The notes beneath the pieces were generated by a model. It was given only the letters and a program-made list of their open reading frames with translations, made no database searches and had not been told where the DNA came from. Of a stretch of 64,000 bases of DNA, positions 43,142-52,804 are shown piece after piece. The position numbers and the translations under genes are program-made. Where the stretch lies: positions 60,138 through 124,137 of the forward strand of contig JAAXOC010000096.1 in the NCBI GenBank assembly GCA_014237145.1. The letters run 5' to 3'. Every line of letters starts with the position of its first letter. The first letter of the stretch is position 1. Source of the DNA: ANME-2 cluster archaeon. Its GTDB lineage: Archaea; Halobacteriota; Methanosarcinia; Methanosarcinales; Methanocomedenaceae.

Positions 43142-45334
43142 ATGGGACGAAGGAAAAAGATGGTTGAGCGCGTGACTGTACTTATGAATGAACCTGAAAA
43201 TGTCAGGAATATCGGAATAGTTGCACACATCGATCATGGAAAGACAACTCTTACAGATAATATCCTTGCCGGTGCCGGTATGATCTCAAAGGAACTGGCA
43301 GGCAAGCAGTTGTTCACAGATTCAGATGAAGAAGAGCAGGAGCGAGGTATCACTATTGACTCTGCCTGTGTTTCAATGGTACATGAGTTCGAGGACGGCG
43401 AATACCTGATCAATCTTATTGATACGCCGGGCCATGTGGATTTCGGCGGTGATGTGACCAGGGCCATGAGGGCCGTAGATGGTGCTGTGGTAGTTGTGGA
43501 TGCAGTGGAAGGTACCATGCCACAGACAGAGACCGTGCTCAGGCAGGCATTAAAGGAACATGTGAAGCCTGTACTGTTTATAAACAAAGTGGACAGGCTG
43601 ATCAATGAGTTGCAAGTAGACTCCCAGGAGATGCAGATCAGGCTGGGCAAGGTCATCGATCATGTGAATAAGCTCATCAAGGGCATGAACGAAGAGAAAT
43701 ACAAAGCAGGATGGCGTATGGATGCTGCCAGCGGCACTGTAGCCTTTGGTTCTGCCCTGTATAACTGGGCTATAAGCGTACCGTTTATGAAGAAATCAGG
43801 CATAGGGTTCAATGATGTTTACAATTACTGCAAGGAAGAAAACCAAAAGGAACTGGCAGATAAATGCCCGCTTCATGAGGTTTTAAATGATATGATCATC
43901 CGGTTCCTGCCCAATCCACTTACTGCCCAGAAGGATAGGGTGAATGTGATATGGCATGGCGATAAGGAATCCACGGAAGGTAAGGATATGCTAAATGCCA
44001 ACCGTGACGGTGATGTGGCATTAATGGTCACAAATATCTCATTGGACCCCCATGCGGGCGAAGTGGCCACTGGCAGGTTGTTCAGCGGTACACTGAAAAG
44101 AGGTATGGAACTTAACGTAACAGGCTCTGTAAAGACGAACAGGCTGCAGCAGGTGGGGATTTTCATGGGCCCGGAAAGGCTGGAAGTGGAACAGATCCCT
44201 GCCGGTAATATCGCAGCAGTCACCGGCCTGAAGGATGCCTATGTTGGTGCTACGGTATCGTCCATGGATGACATGATACCTTTTGAGGCCATCCAGCATG
44301 CCAGTGAACCTGTGGTTACAGTGGCTGTGGAAGCAAAGCACATGAAGGACCTGCCTAAGCTGGTTGAGGTGCTGCGGCAAGTGGCAAAGGAGGATAATAC
44401 CCTAAAAGTTACTATCGATGAAGAGACTGGTGAGCACCTGATGTCAGGTATGGGTGAACTCCATCTTGAGGTCATAGGCCACAGGATCGAACGTGATAAG
44501 GGTGTGGAGATCACTACGAGTCCGCCTATTGTGGTTTACAGGGAAACGATCCAGAAACATGCCGGTCCGGTGGAGGGTAAGAGTCCGAACCGTCACAATA
44601 GGTTCTACATCGAAGTAGAACCCATGGATAGCAATATCGTGGACCTTATTAAATCCGGTGAGGTATCCATGCGTATGCCAGAACTGGAGCGACGTGAGAA
44701 GTTCATGGAGGCCGGGCTTAAAAAGGATGAATCAAAAGGTGTTACCCATATATATGAATCAAATATCTTAATCAATATGACCAAGGGTATACAGTACCTG
44801 AACGAGACCATGGAACTGATCATCGATGGGTTTGAAGAGGTTATGAAAGCCGGCCCGCTCACAAGGGAACCATGTCAGGCAATTAGGGTCACGCTCGTAG
44901 ATGCAAAGCTGCACGAGGATGCGGTACACAGGGGTCCGGCCCAGGTTATACCTGCGTCAAGGCAGGCTATACAGGCTGCTATGCTCATGGCTGATGATAC
45001 ATTACTGGAGCCATACCAGAAGGTATACATCCAGACTCCACAGAATAATATGGGTGGGGCCACTTCAGAGATTCAGGGGCGAAGGGGTATTATTATTAAT
45101 ATGTCCCAGGAAGGGGACATGACCATCATCGAGAGCAAGGCTCCGGTGGCTGAACTCTTTGGGTTTGCAGGCGATATCAGGTCTGCCACTGAGGGTCGTG
45201 CCATGTGGAGTACCGAGTTCGCAGGATTCGAGACATTACCGGCAAGCCTGCTGAAAGAAATAGTGTTAGAGATACGCCAGCGAAAGGGATTGAAATCTGA
45301 AGTACCAAAAGCCAGTGATTTTGTAGGTCAGTAA
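43142..45334 (+). CDS. fusA: Translation elongation factor aEF-2
   Basis: The 730-aa ORF has the GTPase motifs AHIDHGKTT and DTPGH, and a diphthamide-region His near [12 protein letters not shown]. Confidence 0.95.
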   Translation: MGRRKKMVERVTVLMNEPENVRNIGIVAHIDHGKTTLTDNILAGAGMISKELAGKQLFTDSDEEEQERGITIDSACVSMVHEFEDGEYLINLIDTPGHVDFGGDVTRAMRAVDGAVVVVDAVEGTMPQTETVLRQALKEHVKPVLFINKVDRLINELQVDSQEMQIRLGKVIDHVNKLIKGMNEEKYKAGWRMDAASGTVAFGSALYNWAISVPFMKKSGIGFNDVYNYCKEENQKELADKCPLHEVLNDMIIRFLPNPLTAQKDRVNVIWHGDKESTEGKDMLNANRDGDVALMVTNISLDPHAGEVATGRLFSGTLKRGMELNVTGSVKTNRLQQVGIFMGPERLEVEQIPAGNIAAVTGLKDAYVGATVSSMDDMIPFEAIQHASEPVVTVAVEAKHMKDLPKLVEVLRQVAKEDNTLKVTIDEETGEHLMSGMGELHLEVIGHRIERDKGVEITTSPPIVVYRETIQKHAGPVEGKSPNRHNRFYIEVEPMDSNIVDLIKSGEVSMRMPELERREKFMEAGLKKDESKGVTHIYESNILINMTKGIQYLNETMELIIDGFEEVMKAGPLTREPCQAIRVTLVDAKLHEDAVHRGPAQVIPASRQAIQAAMLMADDTLLEPYQKVYIQTPQNNMGGATSEIQGRRGIIINMSQEGDMTIIESKAPVAELFGFAGDIRSATEGRAMWSTEFAGFETLPASLLKEIVLEIRQRKGLKSEVPKASDFVGQ

Positions 45335-45448
45335 CTGGGCATTGAAAAGCAAATGGAATCAAGCTGCAATTGACACAAAGTTTAAAAGCAGTAAAATCTA
45401 TAAAGACATTAAATCTACAATAATAAAATAAAGATTGGAGGATTAAGT

Positions 45449-46717
45449 ATGGCAGAGAAACCACATATGAACCTGGCTGTTATCGGTCATATCGACCATG
45501 GTAAATCAACCCTTGTGGGTCGATTGATGTATGATACAGGGGCCGTAGAGGCGCATGTTATTGAGAAGTATAAGGAAGAAGCAAAGGCAAAAGGAAAGGA
45601 ATCCTTCGCTTTTGCATGGGTCATGGACTCACTCAAAGAGGAGCGGGAAAGGGGTATCACCATCGATATCGCACACCAGCGGTTTGATACTGATAAGTAT
45701 TATTTTACAGTGGTAGACTGTCCCGGTCACCGTGACTTTGTTAAGAACATGATAACAGGCGCATCCCAGGCAGATGCCGCTATCCTGGTGGTATCAGGTA
45801 AGGACAGTGTACAGGCACAGACAAAGGAACATGTGTTCCTGTCCAGGACACTGGGTATCAACCAGCTCATCATTGCGATCAATAAGATGGACGAGATCAA
45901 CTATGATGAGGCTAAATATAACAAGGCAAAGGAAGATGTCAGTGCACTGCTGAAGATTGTAGGATTCAAGCCTGCTGAAATGAATTTTATCCCCACATCG
46001 GCTTTTAAGGGCGATAACATTGCCAAAAGGAGCGAAAATACTAAATGGTATAATGGTCCGTCAATCCTGGAAGCACTTGATGAACTCAAGGAACCTGAAA
46101 AGCCCACCAAACTGCCGCTGCGTATTCCTGTACAGGACGCATATACCATCAGCGGTATAGGTACTGTACCTGTAGGACGTGTTGAGACCGGTATCATGAA
46201 AAAAGGTGAAGATGTTATCTTCCAGCCAAGTGGTGCTACAGGTGAGGTCAAGTCCATTGAGATGCATCATGAAGAGCAACCCGAGGCAGTTCCCGGTGAT
46301 AATATCGGATGGAACGTCAGGGGTATCGGAAAGAACGATGTCAGAAGAGGCGATGTGTGTGGACACTCAAGCAAACCACCAACAGTAGCAGAAGAGTTTA
46401 CTGCACAGATCGTGGTGCTTCAGCACCCGTCAGCTATTTCAGCAGGATATACACCTGTGTTCCACTGTCATACAGCCCAGACAGCCTGTACACTTATGTC
46501 ACTGGACAAGAAACTTGATCCAAAGACTGGTGAGATGAAGGAAGAGAACCCGACTTTCATTAAGGCGGGCGATGCGGCAATCGTGACTGTGAGACCTACC
46601 AGGCCCCTTGTTATAGAGAATGTGAAAGAGATCCCGCAGATGGGACGCTTTGCTATTCGTGATATGGGTCAGACTGTGGCCGCTGGAATGGTCATCAGTA
46701 TTAAGGCGAGGCCATAA
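45449..46717 (+). CDS. tuf: Translation elongation factor aEF-1 alpha
   Basis: The 422-aa ORF has [17 protein letters not shown] and NKMD. Confidence 0.95.
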   Translation: MAEKPHMNLAVIGHIDHGKSTLVGRLMYDTGAVEAHVIEKYKEEAKAKGKESFAFAWVMDSLKEERERGITIDIAHQRFDTDKYYFTVVDCPGHRDFVKNMITGASQADAAILVVSGKDSVQAQTKEHVFLSRTLGINQLIIAINKMDEINYDEAKYNKAKEDVSALLKIVGFKPAEMNFIPTSAFKGDNIAKRSENTKWYNGPSILEALDELKEPEKPTKLPLRIPVQDAYTISGIGTVPVGRVETGIMKKGEDVIFQPSGATGEVKSIEMHHEEQPEAVPGDNIGWNVRGIGKNDVRRGDVCGHSSKPPTVAEEFTAQIVVLQHPSAISAGYTPVFHCHTAQTACTLMSLDKKLDPKTGEMKEENPTFIKAGDAAIVTVRPTRPLVIENVKEIPQMGRFAIRDMGQTVAAGMVISIKARP

Positions 46718-46752
46718 GCCTCACTCTCCTCTTTTTTTTGGAGTTTTTTTTA

Positions 46753-47064
46753 ATGGTACAAAAAGCAAGGATACGATTATCAGGGACAAGTACTTCAACA
46801 CTTGACACCCTGTGCAATCAAGTGAAGAGTATAGCAGAGAAGACCGGGGTCAATATTTCAGGCCCCATACCAATGCCTACAAAGAAACTGGTGGTACCAT
46901 CCTTAAAGAGTCCTGATGGTGAGGGGACAGCTACATGGGACCACTGGGAGATGCGTGTACATAAACGGCTTATTGACCTGGATGCAGACGAGCGGGCATT
47001 GAGACAGCTTATGCGGTTACAGGTCCCGAAAGATATAAGTATTGAGATTGTGCTGACTTCATAG
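46753..47064 (+). CDS. rps10: Ribosomal protein S10 (uS10)
   Basis: The ATG at 46753 gives [12 protein letters not shown]. The track ORF starts at TTG 46738, inside a T-tract. Confidence 0.9.
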   Translation: MVQKARIRLSGTSTSTLDTLCNQVKSIAEKTGVNISGPIPMPTKKLVVPSLKSPDGEGTATWDHWEMRVHKRLIDLDADERALRQLMRLQVPKDISIEIVLTS

Positions 47065-47125
47065 TAAATTAATCTTTTTTCCACAGGGATTTTTACGGGG
47101 GTATTCATACCCTTTAGTTTTTATC

Positions 47126-47160
47126 CTTGGGTGCAAACCCAAGATTTTATAATTCTTATA
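47126..47160 (+). terminator. GCAA-tetraloop hairpin plus T-rich tail after rps10
   Basis: cttgggt-gcaa-acccaag (47126-47143) is followed by attttataattctt. Confidence 0.45.
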
Positions 47161-47173
47161 CTCTTTATGTGAT

Positions 47174-47644
47174 ATGGTGAATCAGATGATTATTGGTTTT
47201 CAGGTTAAAAATATCGAATCAAAGTCGTTTATAGGTCCCGAAGGTGCAAAGCATCAAAAAAGCATTAACATTAATTTTGATATTAATATAAGGAATCCCA
47301 CACTTGTGGTACAGAATACTCCTTTTGGAGAAAAACAGGTAATCAGGCTGGAGTATGCCCTGTCTATCAATTACCTGAACCCAAATATTGGCTATATCAG
47401 GTTTGAAGGTTCTACGGATTATTTCCAGGATGCTGATCTGGAAGCACTGCATAAACAGTGGACTGCCGGGTCTGCGCCACCTGCGGTGCAAAACGAAGTA
47501 GCTAATACTATGGTGAGTAACCTGGCACCTATGGCGCTGACTATATCCAAGACGCTGGGGTTGCCGCCTGCTGTGCCGCTGCCTGCTATTAATTTTCAGG
47601 GTAAGCAGAAGAAGCCTGAAGAGCCAACGTATTATCACGGGTGA
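47174..47644 (+). CDS. Hypothetical protein; possible SecB-like chaperone fold
   Basis: The 156-aa ORF has a residue pattern that parallels SecB (see findings): FQVKNIESKSF...ININFDI...IRLEYALSINY...GYIRFEG...ISKTLGLPPAVPLPAINF. There has been no database confirmation. Confidence 0.5.
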   Translation: MVNQMIIGFQVKNIESKSFIGPEGAKHQKSININFDINIRNPTLVVQNTPFGEKQVIRLEYALSINYLNPNIGYIRFEGSTDYFQDADLEALHKQWTAGSAPPAVQNEVANTMVSNLAPMALTISKTLGLPPAVPLPAINFQGKQKKPEEPTYYHG

Positions 47645-47675
47645 GAAAGGGTTCTTTTAAGGTATTGTAGCATAG

Positions 47676-47776
47676 TGTCAAGTCAACCATGAAACGTATA
47701 GCGACCATCTGCCCTATTTTATATGGCGTAGGCGGATTTAAATAAATCAGTGCGACACTTTACGCTTGACTTGACA
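47676..47776. repeat. 11-bp perfect inverted repeat enclosing 79 nt
   Basis: tgtcaagtcaa (47676-47686) pairs with ttgacttgaca (47766-47776). Confidence 0.8.
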
Positions 47777-47794
47777 ATAAAGTATGAAGTTGTT

Positions 47795-47935
47795 CTACAT
47801 GGCTAACTCTTCTGCTTTTTTTGTATAACCTGATTTTGATATTACGGCAAAGTGGTCGGTTCTGTCATTGATGTTCCAATCCACGAAGCCGGATTTATCC
47901 AGTAGGACGGTAAGTACGTCAATACCGGTTATCAT
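47795..47935 (-). pseudogene. Short gene remnant resembling the C-terminal end of archaeal ATPase/DUF234-type proteins
   Basis: The 46-aa ORF is MITGIDVLTVLLDKSGFVDWNINDRTDHFAVISKSGYTKKAEELAM. The ending (...SKSGYT..A) is reminiscent of DUF234 C-termini. This is a weak call. Confidence 0.25.
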
Positions 47936-48070
47936 GTTCTGTCATTTGCATTCCCAAAAAAGGATATTTTTTGAATCCTCATAAAATACTACCTATCAGT
48001 ATTATGAGACTTTTTAATTTATTCTGATCAAGTGGGATAAATGGATCCTGGCAAAGAAGATTAAACACAT

Positions 48071-48481
48071 AGAACACAGAGTATTATTGTTCATATATAC
48101 ACCTTATTGCAAGAGCAACATAAAAGTATCTTGTAGCCTACTCGAAAAGTAGGCCGAGAGGGATAACAAGTATTTTGTTTGGGATGCGTTCCCGTGAGAA
48201 AACCTGTTACCCTCTCATCCTTTTAATACACGAATAAGTACGTTTTGGACATATAAATAAATATGTATGTGACGTTAAGAAATCAACTGCCATAATGCTG
48301 TCGAGCGAAGCGAACCCTAGAGGGGCGACAGCTTTATGAGCGGTTGATTTTAGTCACGTTGGCAGGGGATGACATGGAATCCAGAACAACAACATGTATA
48401 TTTCGGGCATTTGGGGAGGGAGCGGCCCTGCCTCGTGCTGAACAAACCGAAAGGTATAATAGTACGTTTTCTCTGTGTTCT
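48071..48481. mobile_element. MITE-like non-autonomous element (411 bp) with 11-bp terminal inverted repeats and a highly structured interior
   Basis: The TIRs are agaacacagag (48071-48081) and ctctgtgttct (48471-48481). There is no credible ORF inside. The interior has consecutive stem-loops at 48137-48153, 48156-48216, 48280-48350 and 48361-48432. Confidence 0.45.
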
Positions 48482-48546
48482 CAGTGGTAAAATTACAATT
48501 AGCTGAAGATTTAAGTGTTGAGACATTAGCATCGATGATTTTTATT

Positions 48547-48590
48547 GAAGTCATCTATCGATAACTTCTATCGAAGTCATCTATCGAATA
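48547..48590. promoter_or_regulatory. Direct repeats just upstream of the putative hisB TATA box
   Basis: gaagtcatctatcga occurs at 48547-48561 and 48573-48587, with a third tctatcga between them. The TATA-like tataatta at about 48604 lies about 70 nt before the hisB ATG. Confidence 0.3.
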
Positions 48591-48675
48591 TTAGGTTCTT
48601 GACTATAATTATTGAAAGATGCAGGAAATCATACAAATCATACTTTATGCAGTGAAAAAACCAGGACGTAGGGAT

Positions 48676-49251
48676 ATGAGAATTGCAAAACAGAAACGTA
48701 AGACCAGGGAGACTGAAATTGGAATGAAACTTAACCTGGACGGCAGCGGGTCTGCCGATATAGATACTGGTATCGCTTTTTTTGATCATATGCTGACTTC
48801 ACTGACCAGGCATGGTGGACTTGACCTCACTATAAATGCCACTGGGGATGTGCATGTGGATGAGCACCATACTATAGAGGATGTGGGTATTGTGCTGGGA
48901 AAAACCCTTGAAAAAGCACTGGGTGACAAAAAGGGGATAGTAAGGTTCGGGGAAGCGAGGATACCCATGGATGAGGCGCTGGCAGAGGTAGCGCTGGACC
49001 TGGGGGGTAGGAGTTATCTTGCTTTTGATGCACGGTTCATGAGCCCGAAGGTGGGCGATTTCGGCACCCAGATGACCAGGCATTTTTTTGAGTCTTTGGT
49101 CAGCAATGCGGGTATTAATGTGCATATGAAGGTGGAAGGTGAGAACGACCACCACAAGATCGAGGTGCTGTTCAAGGCTTTTGCGGTGGCGCTGAAGCGG
49201 GCTGCAGCTGTGGTTGGGGACGATGTGCCCAGTACCAAGGGTGTGCTGTGA
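48676..49251 (+). CDS. hisB: Imidazoleglycerol-phosphate dehydratase
   Basis: It starts [25 protein letters not shown] and has [20 protein letters not shown] and ENDHHKIE motifs. The track ORF starts at 48619. Confidence 0.9.
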   Translation: MRIAKQKRKTRETEIGMKLNLDGSGSADIDTGIAFFDHMLTSLTRHGGLDLTINATGDVHVDEHHTIEDVGIVLGKTLEKALGDKKGIVRFGEARIPMDEALAEVALDLGGRSYLAFDARFMSPKVGDFGTQMTRHFFESLVSNAGINVHMKVEGENDHHKIEVLFKAFAVALKRAAAVVGDDVPSTKGVL

Positions 49252-49370
49252 GACTTTGCCTGGTAGTTTGGTAAGATACTATCTGTTAGAGTTTACCCCT
49301 TCATTTCTACTGCAACTAATAATAGTGTAGAATGTTGCAGGGACTGGGAATATCCGGCCTTGGGACAAAA

Positions 49371-49577
49371 TTACTCAATCTGCAGTCCCATAATTTCGCA
49401 GTCTTCTTCAGTAAGCTCCACCACACGGACATAATACTCGGCAGAAAATCGTTCTAAAAAATCTATAATCCGCTTTTCATACTTATCCTGAATGACAAAT
49501 ACCCCACGTATGAGCTTACGATATGGGATATCATCCAGGATATTCGAATACAATACTTGTGAGTTTCCCGAAACCAA
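49371..49577 (-). CDS. Hypothetical small protein (TTG start; family not recognised)
   Basis: The 68-aa ORF is ...IRGVFVIQDKYEKRIIDFLERFSAEYYVRVVELTEEDCEIMGLQIE. Its 5' end is ill-defined and it may be a gene fragment. Confidence 0.25.
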   Translation of the reverse strand: MVSGNSQVLYSNILDDIPYRKLIRGVFVIQDKYEKRIIDFLERFSAEYYVRVVELTEEDCEIMGLQIE

Positions 49578-49722
49578 CTGGGATCTGTATGACTATGCTC
49601 AGATCAAAGAGTTTGCCAACTACTTAAATGATCTAAGAGATCTTGTTGATGAAGCTGACAAACGAATGAAAAAACTGACTTGTTAAAGATGGGATATATA
49701 TCATTCACTGTCTCCTTCCAGT

Positions 49723-50598
49723 TTAATCTTTTCCTGAAATAATTTCAGGCTCAAGATGCACAACCACATCCTTTACACCTTCCACCCTCTCCTTGATGCG
49801 GTTCTCAACTGCATGGGCTAAGCAGTGCGCCTCATCCATATGCATATCTGCCCTTACATGCACGTGCAGGTCCACATAGACATTATCGGCTGTACCCCTG
49901 GTCCTGATATGGTGGCAGTCCTCAACCCCCTTTATTTCCAGTGCAATCCCACACAGCATATCAGTATCCAGGACCGATGTGTCCAGCAGAGTGAAGGATA
50001 CTTCCCTCACCACATCCAGCCCGGCCTTGGCAATGACCAATGCGATTACGATACCTGCAACTACATCGATCATAGGGTAGCCTGCCTTAACTGCTATCAG
50101 ACTGCAGATAACGCCAATAGATACGAAGATATCACTCCTGGTGTGGAGGGAATCGGCAACCAGTATCTGGCTGTTATATTCCCTGCCCTTCCGGCTTTCA
50201 AGTATGGTGACAAAAAGGTTAACGGCCATGGTACCCAGCATGATGGCAAAACTCAATGAGGTGACCCTGGGGATAGAAGGTTCATATATGGTTTGAATGG
50301 CACCCCTGGCCACTTCGAACCCTGTGATGAGCAGCAGGCCGGCTATGAACAGCGAGGCGAACTGCTCATGTTTGCGGTGCCCGTAGGGGTGGGATTCATC
50401 GGGCGGACGGGACGCCACCCAGATACCCAGCATTCCCACCGTGGTCGATGCACCGTCCATTAAGGAATGGAAACCGTCAGCCTTCATGCTGATAGAACCG
50501 GTCAGGTGACCGTATACCAGCTTTGCAAATGCTACAACCAGATTCAATGACAGCGCTAAGGCCTGTACTTTAATTATCTTTTTATATTTCATGTCCAC
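49723..50598 (-). CDS. Cation diffusion facilitator (CDF) family metal efflux transporter
   Basis: The 291-aa ORF has six transmembrane segments and a cytoplasmic C-terminal domain. It also has ADGFHSLMD and HTRSDIFVS motifs. Confidence 0.85.
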   Translation of the reverse strand: MDMKYKKIIKVQALALSLNLVVAFAKLVYGHLTGSISMKADGFHSLMDGASTTVGMLGIWVASRPPDESHPYGHRKHEQFASLFIAGLLLITGFEVARGAIQTIYEPSIPRVTSLSFAIMLGTMAVNLFVTILESRKGREYNSQILVADSLHTRSDIFVSIGVICSLIAVKAGYPMIDVVAGIVIALVIAKAGLDVVREVSFTLLDTSVLDTDMLCGIALEIKGVEDCHHIRTRGTADNVYVDLHVHVRADMHMDEAHCLAHAVENRIKERVEGVKDVVVHLEPEIISGKD

Positions 50599-50708
50599 GC
50601 CTGGGAATTGACCAGTCTATATCATTTTACGGTCTTTATCAGTATACAGTCAATATCAGTATATTATCCGGCACAATATTTCTATACTTCTCTATCATAT
50701 GATGCCCC

Positions 50709-52619
50709 ATGACAAAGATATACCTGGGAAAAATGGTGCTGCACTGGTGCCCCCAATGCGATCTACCGGTACTGGAGCCCATATGTGCATGCGGCTCACC
50801 TGCTGGTAAGGTCAGGGTTACACCGCCCGGTGATATCAGGCCCACATTCCCCCATGATATTAACCTTATCAATGCTACTGCTATAACGCAGTTCGGCAGT
50901 CCCTTGATACCTGACGGGACTATCGCCATCATGAATAAAGTGCCATCGGACGACAGGATGGAAGAGATCATAGCCAGTGGAGTGCCCCTTGCCAATATCA
51001 GGTTCGATGTGGAGTCAGGTAAGTGGGTACTGCTGCCCAGGATGGAAGGGGCAGCCAGGATATTCACTAAAATGGAGGGGCGCAGCAACTGGGTGGTGAT
51101 CGACGAATCGGCAGTACCGTTCATAGAAAAAGGTGCCAGCACGCTGGCACCCGGCGTTATCGATGCCGACCCTGGGATCATCCCGGGCGCTGAGGTGATA
51201 GTGGTATCGCCTGATGGCATACCTGTGTCTGCCGGCAGGGCTAAGATGAACGGTAGGGAAATGGTGGAAGCCAAAAGGGGCGTGGCTGTCAAGACCAGGT
51301 GGAGCGGGATTGTTGAAACAGTTGCAGCACCCGTCCCCCATTCATGGGATGATGTAGTTACTGCTAATCTTAATATCCTAAAAGATTTTGAAGCTAAAGC
51401 CCATGCGTTTATCAGGAACGTGTCCCAATCCACAAACCGACCTGTAAGTGTATCATACTCGGGGGGCAAGGACAGCCTGGTCACCTTGCTGCTGGTAATG
51501 GACTGCCTGGATGGCTTCAATGTCTTGTTCGCTGATACCGGACTGGAGTTCCCAGAGACACTGGAGAATGTAAAAGAGGTTGGCAGGCATTACGGCCTGA
51601 CTGTGAAAACCTTTTATGCAGGGGACGTGTTCTGGGACTCAATCGATACTTTCGGACCACCCACGGTTGAGGCGAGATGGTGCTGCAAGACCTGTAAACT
51701 GGGCCCGATCTCCACGCTCATTGAAGAGAACTTCCCAGAAGGCTGCCTGACATTTATCGGTCAGCGCAAGTACGAAAGCGAGGGCCGGGCCAGGAGTGAT
51801 AAGATATGGAAGAATCCCTGGATAGGTAACCAGATAGCGGCCTCGCCGATCCAGAACTGGACTGCGCTGCATATCTGGCTGTACCTCTTCTGGAAAGGGG
51901 CGCCGTACAATCCGTTGTATGAACAGGGGTTCGACCGCATCGGCTGCTGGCTGTGTCCCTCGGGAAGCATGGCTGAGATGTCGCGTATTAAGGATATTCA
52001 TCCTGAAATGTGGGCCAGGTTCGAGGAGAAGCTGCACTCCCATGCAGAGAAGTTCGGCTACGGGAAGGGCTGGGTAGATTACGGGCTGTGGCGCTGGCAA
52101 AATCCTCCGAAAGTGCAGCGTAAAATGGCAGAGAGGCTGGGCATCAACCTGGTACCTGAAGGGTTCGGCGGGGAGATGGAGTTCTCAATGGTGTCTGGGT
52201 ACAGGCCATGTAAGGCTGGCGGGGTTTCGGCTGAGGGTAGTTTTGGTGTGCCCCTGAACCTTGAGGCAATCGAGGGTTCGGGTATGATGAGAGTGCTGGG
52301 TGAGGTGCATTCCATGGATGGTGTGATCACATCCAGCCAGGGTGAGGATAATGTGCAGGTGTTCGCATCTGGCACTGTGACTGCCAGGAGCGATACTGAT
52401 GCCAGAGCCAGGCGGTTGATGAGGGGGGCCGAATCTTCGATCCGGCGGGCGCTGGAGTGTACGGGCTGCGGGCTGTGTGTGGGTAAGTGCAAGGTGCGGG
52501 GTGTGAAGGTTAAGGATGGGTGGGCTATGGTGAATGAGAACTGTACGCATTGTGGGCTGTGTTTGAAAGCATGCCCGGTGGTGCGGTATTTGAATACCAA
52601 AGATCTATCGAATATATGA
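50709..52619 (+). CDS. PUA-domain + PAPS reductase-like PP-loop ATPase + 2x[4Fe-4S] ferredoxin fusion protein
   Basis: The 636-aa ORF has an N-terminal zinc ribbon (CPQCD...CACG) and a PUA-like region. The PP-loop is VSYSGGKDS. The C-terminus has CTGCGLCVGKC...CTHCGLCLKACP. Confidence 0.75.
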   Translation: MTKIYLGKMVLHWCPQCDLPVLEPICACGSPAGKVRVTPPGDIRPTFPHDINLINATAITQFGSPLIPDGTIAIMNKVPSDDRMEEIIASGVPLANIRFDVESGKWVLLPRMEGAARIFTKMEGRSNWVVIDESAVPFIEKGASTLAPGVIDADPGIIPGAEVIVVSPDGIPVSAGRAKMNGREMVEAKRGVAVKTRWSGIVETVAAPVPHSWDDVVTANLNILKDFEAKAHAFIRNVSQSTNRPVSVSYSGGKDSLVTLLLVMDCLDGFNVLFADTGLEFPETLENVKEVGRHYGLTVKTFYAGDVFWDSIDTFGPPTVEARWCCKTCKLGPISTLIEENFPEGCLTFIGQRKYESEGRARSDKIWKNPWIGNQIAASPIQNWTALHIWLYLFWKGAPYNPLYEQGFDRIGCWLCPSGSMAEMSRIKDIHPEMWARFEEKLHSHAEKFGYGKGWVDYGLWRWQNPPKVQRKMAERLGINLVPEGFGGEMEFSMVSGYRPCKAGGVSAEGSFGVPLNLEAIEGSGMMRVLGEVHSMDGVITSSQGEDNVQVFASGTVTARSDTDARARRLMRGAESSIRRALECTGCGLCVGKCKVRGVKVKDGWAMVNENCTHCGLCLKACPVVRYLNTKDLSNI

Positions 52620-52804
52620 TGAGTATACTTAACGTAGAATCGAATTTGGGTTAATTATACATGACACACATTAGACAGGTGCTGCCGGACTCCAATGAAT
52701 AGTGGAAGGGTATAAGTTTTTAGTGGATGACTATTTTGGGTAGCTATCCTAAAGTACTGAAAGTGACTGGAACGATTTTAAATTTTGATATTCACTTAAC
52801 ATAG

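Noticed and set aside
48156-48216. A hairpin with two 10-nt internal-loop strands that resembles an H/ACA guide RNA pseudouridylation pocket. This was tempting because nop10 and cbf5 are in the window.
   Set aside because: The upper stem is only 4 bp with no clear K-turn. No ACA box sits at the required about 14-15 nt from the pocket; the nearest ACA is 11 nt beyond the stem.
47751-48480. A possible ORF-less group II intron. GTGCGAC at 47751 resembles the GUGYG 5' end, and the downstream region is highly structured.
   Set aside because: I could not find a domain V-like 34-nt hairpin (AGC...GNRA...) or a plausible domain VI/3' end. The structure is better explained by the TIR-bounded element at 48071-48481.
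50639-51520. A 293-aa minus-strand ORF.
   Set aside because: It is entirely antisense to the well-supported PUA/PP-loop gene. The composition is low-complexity (S/T/P/A/L-rich), with no motifs. It is a shadow ORF.
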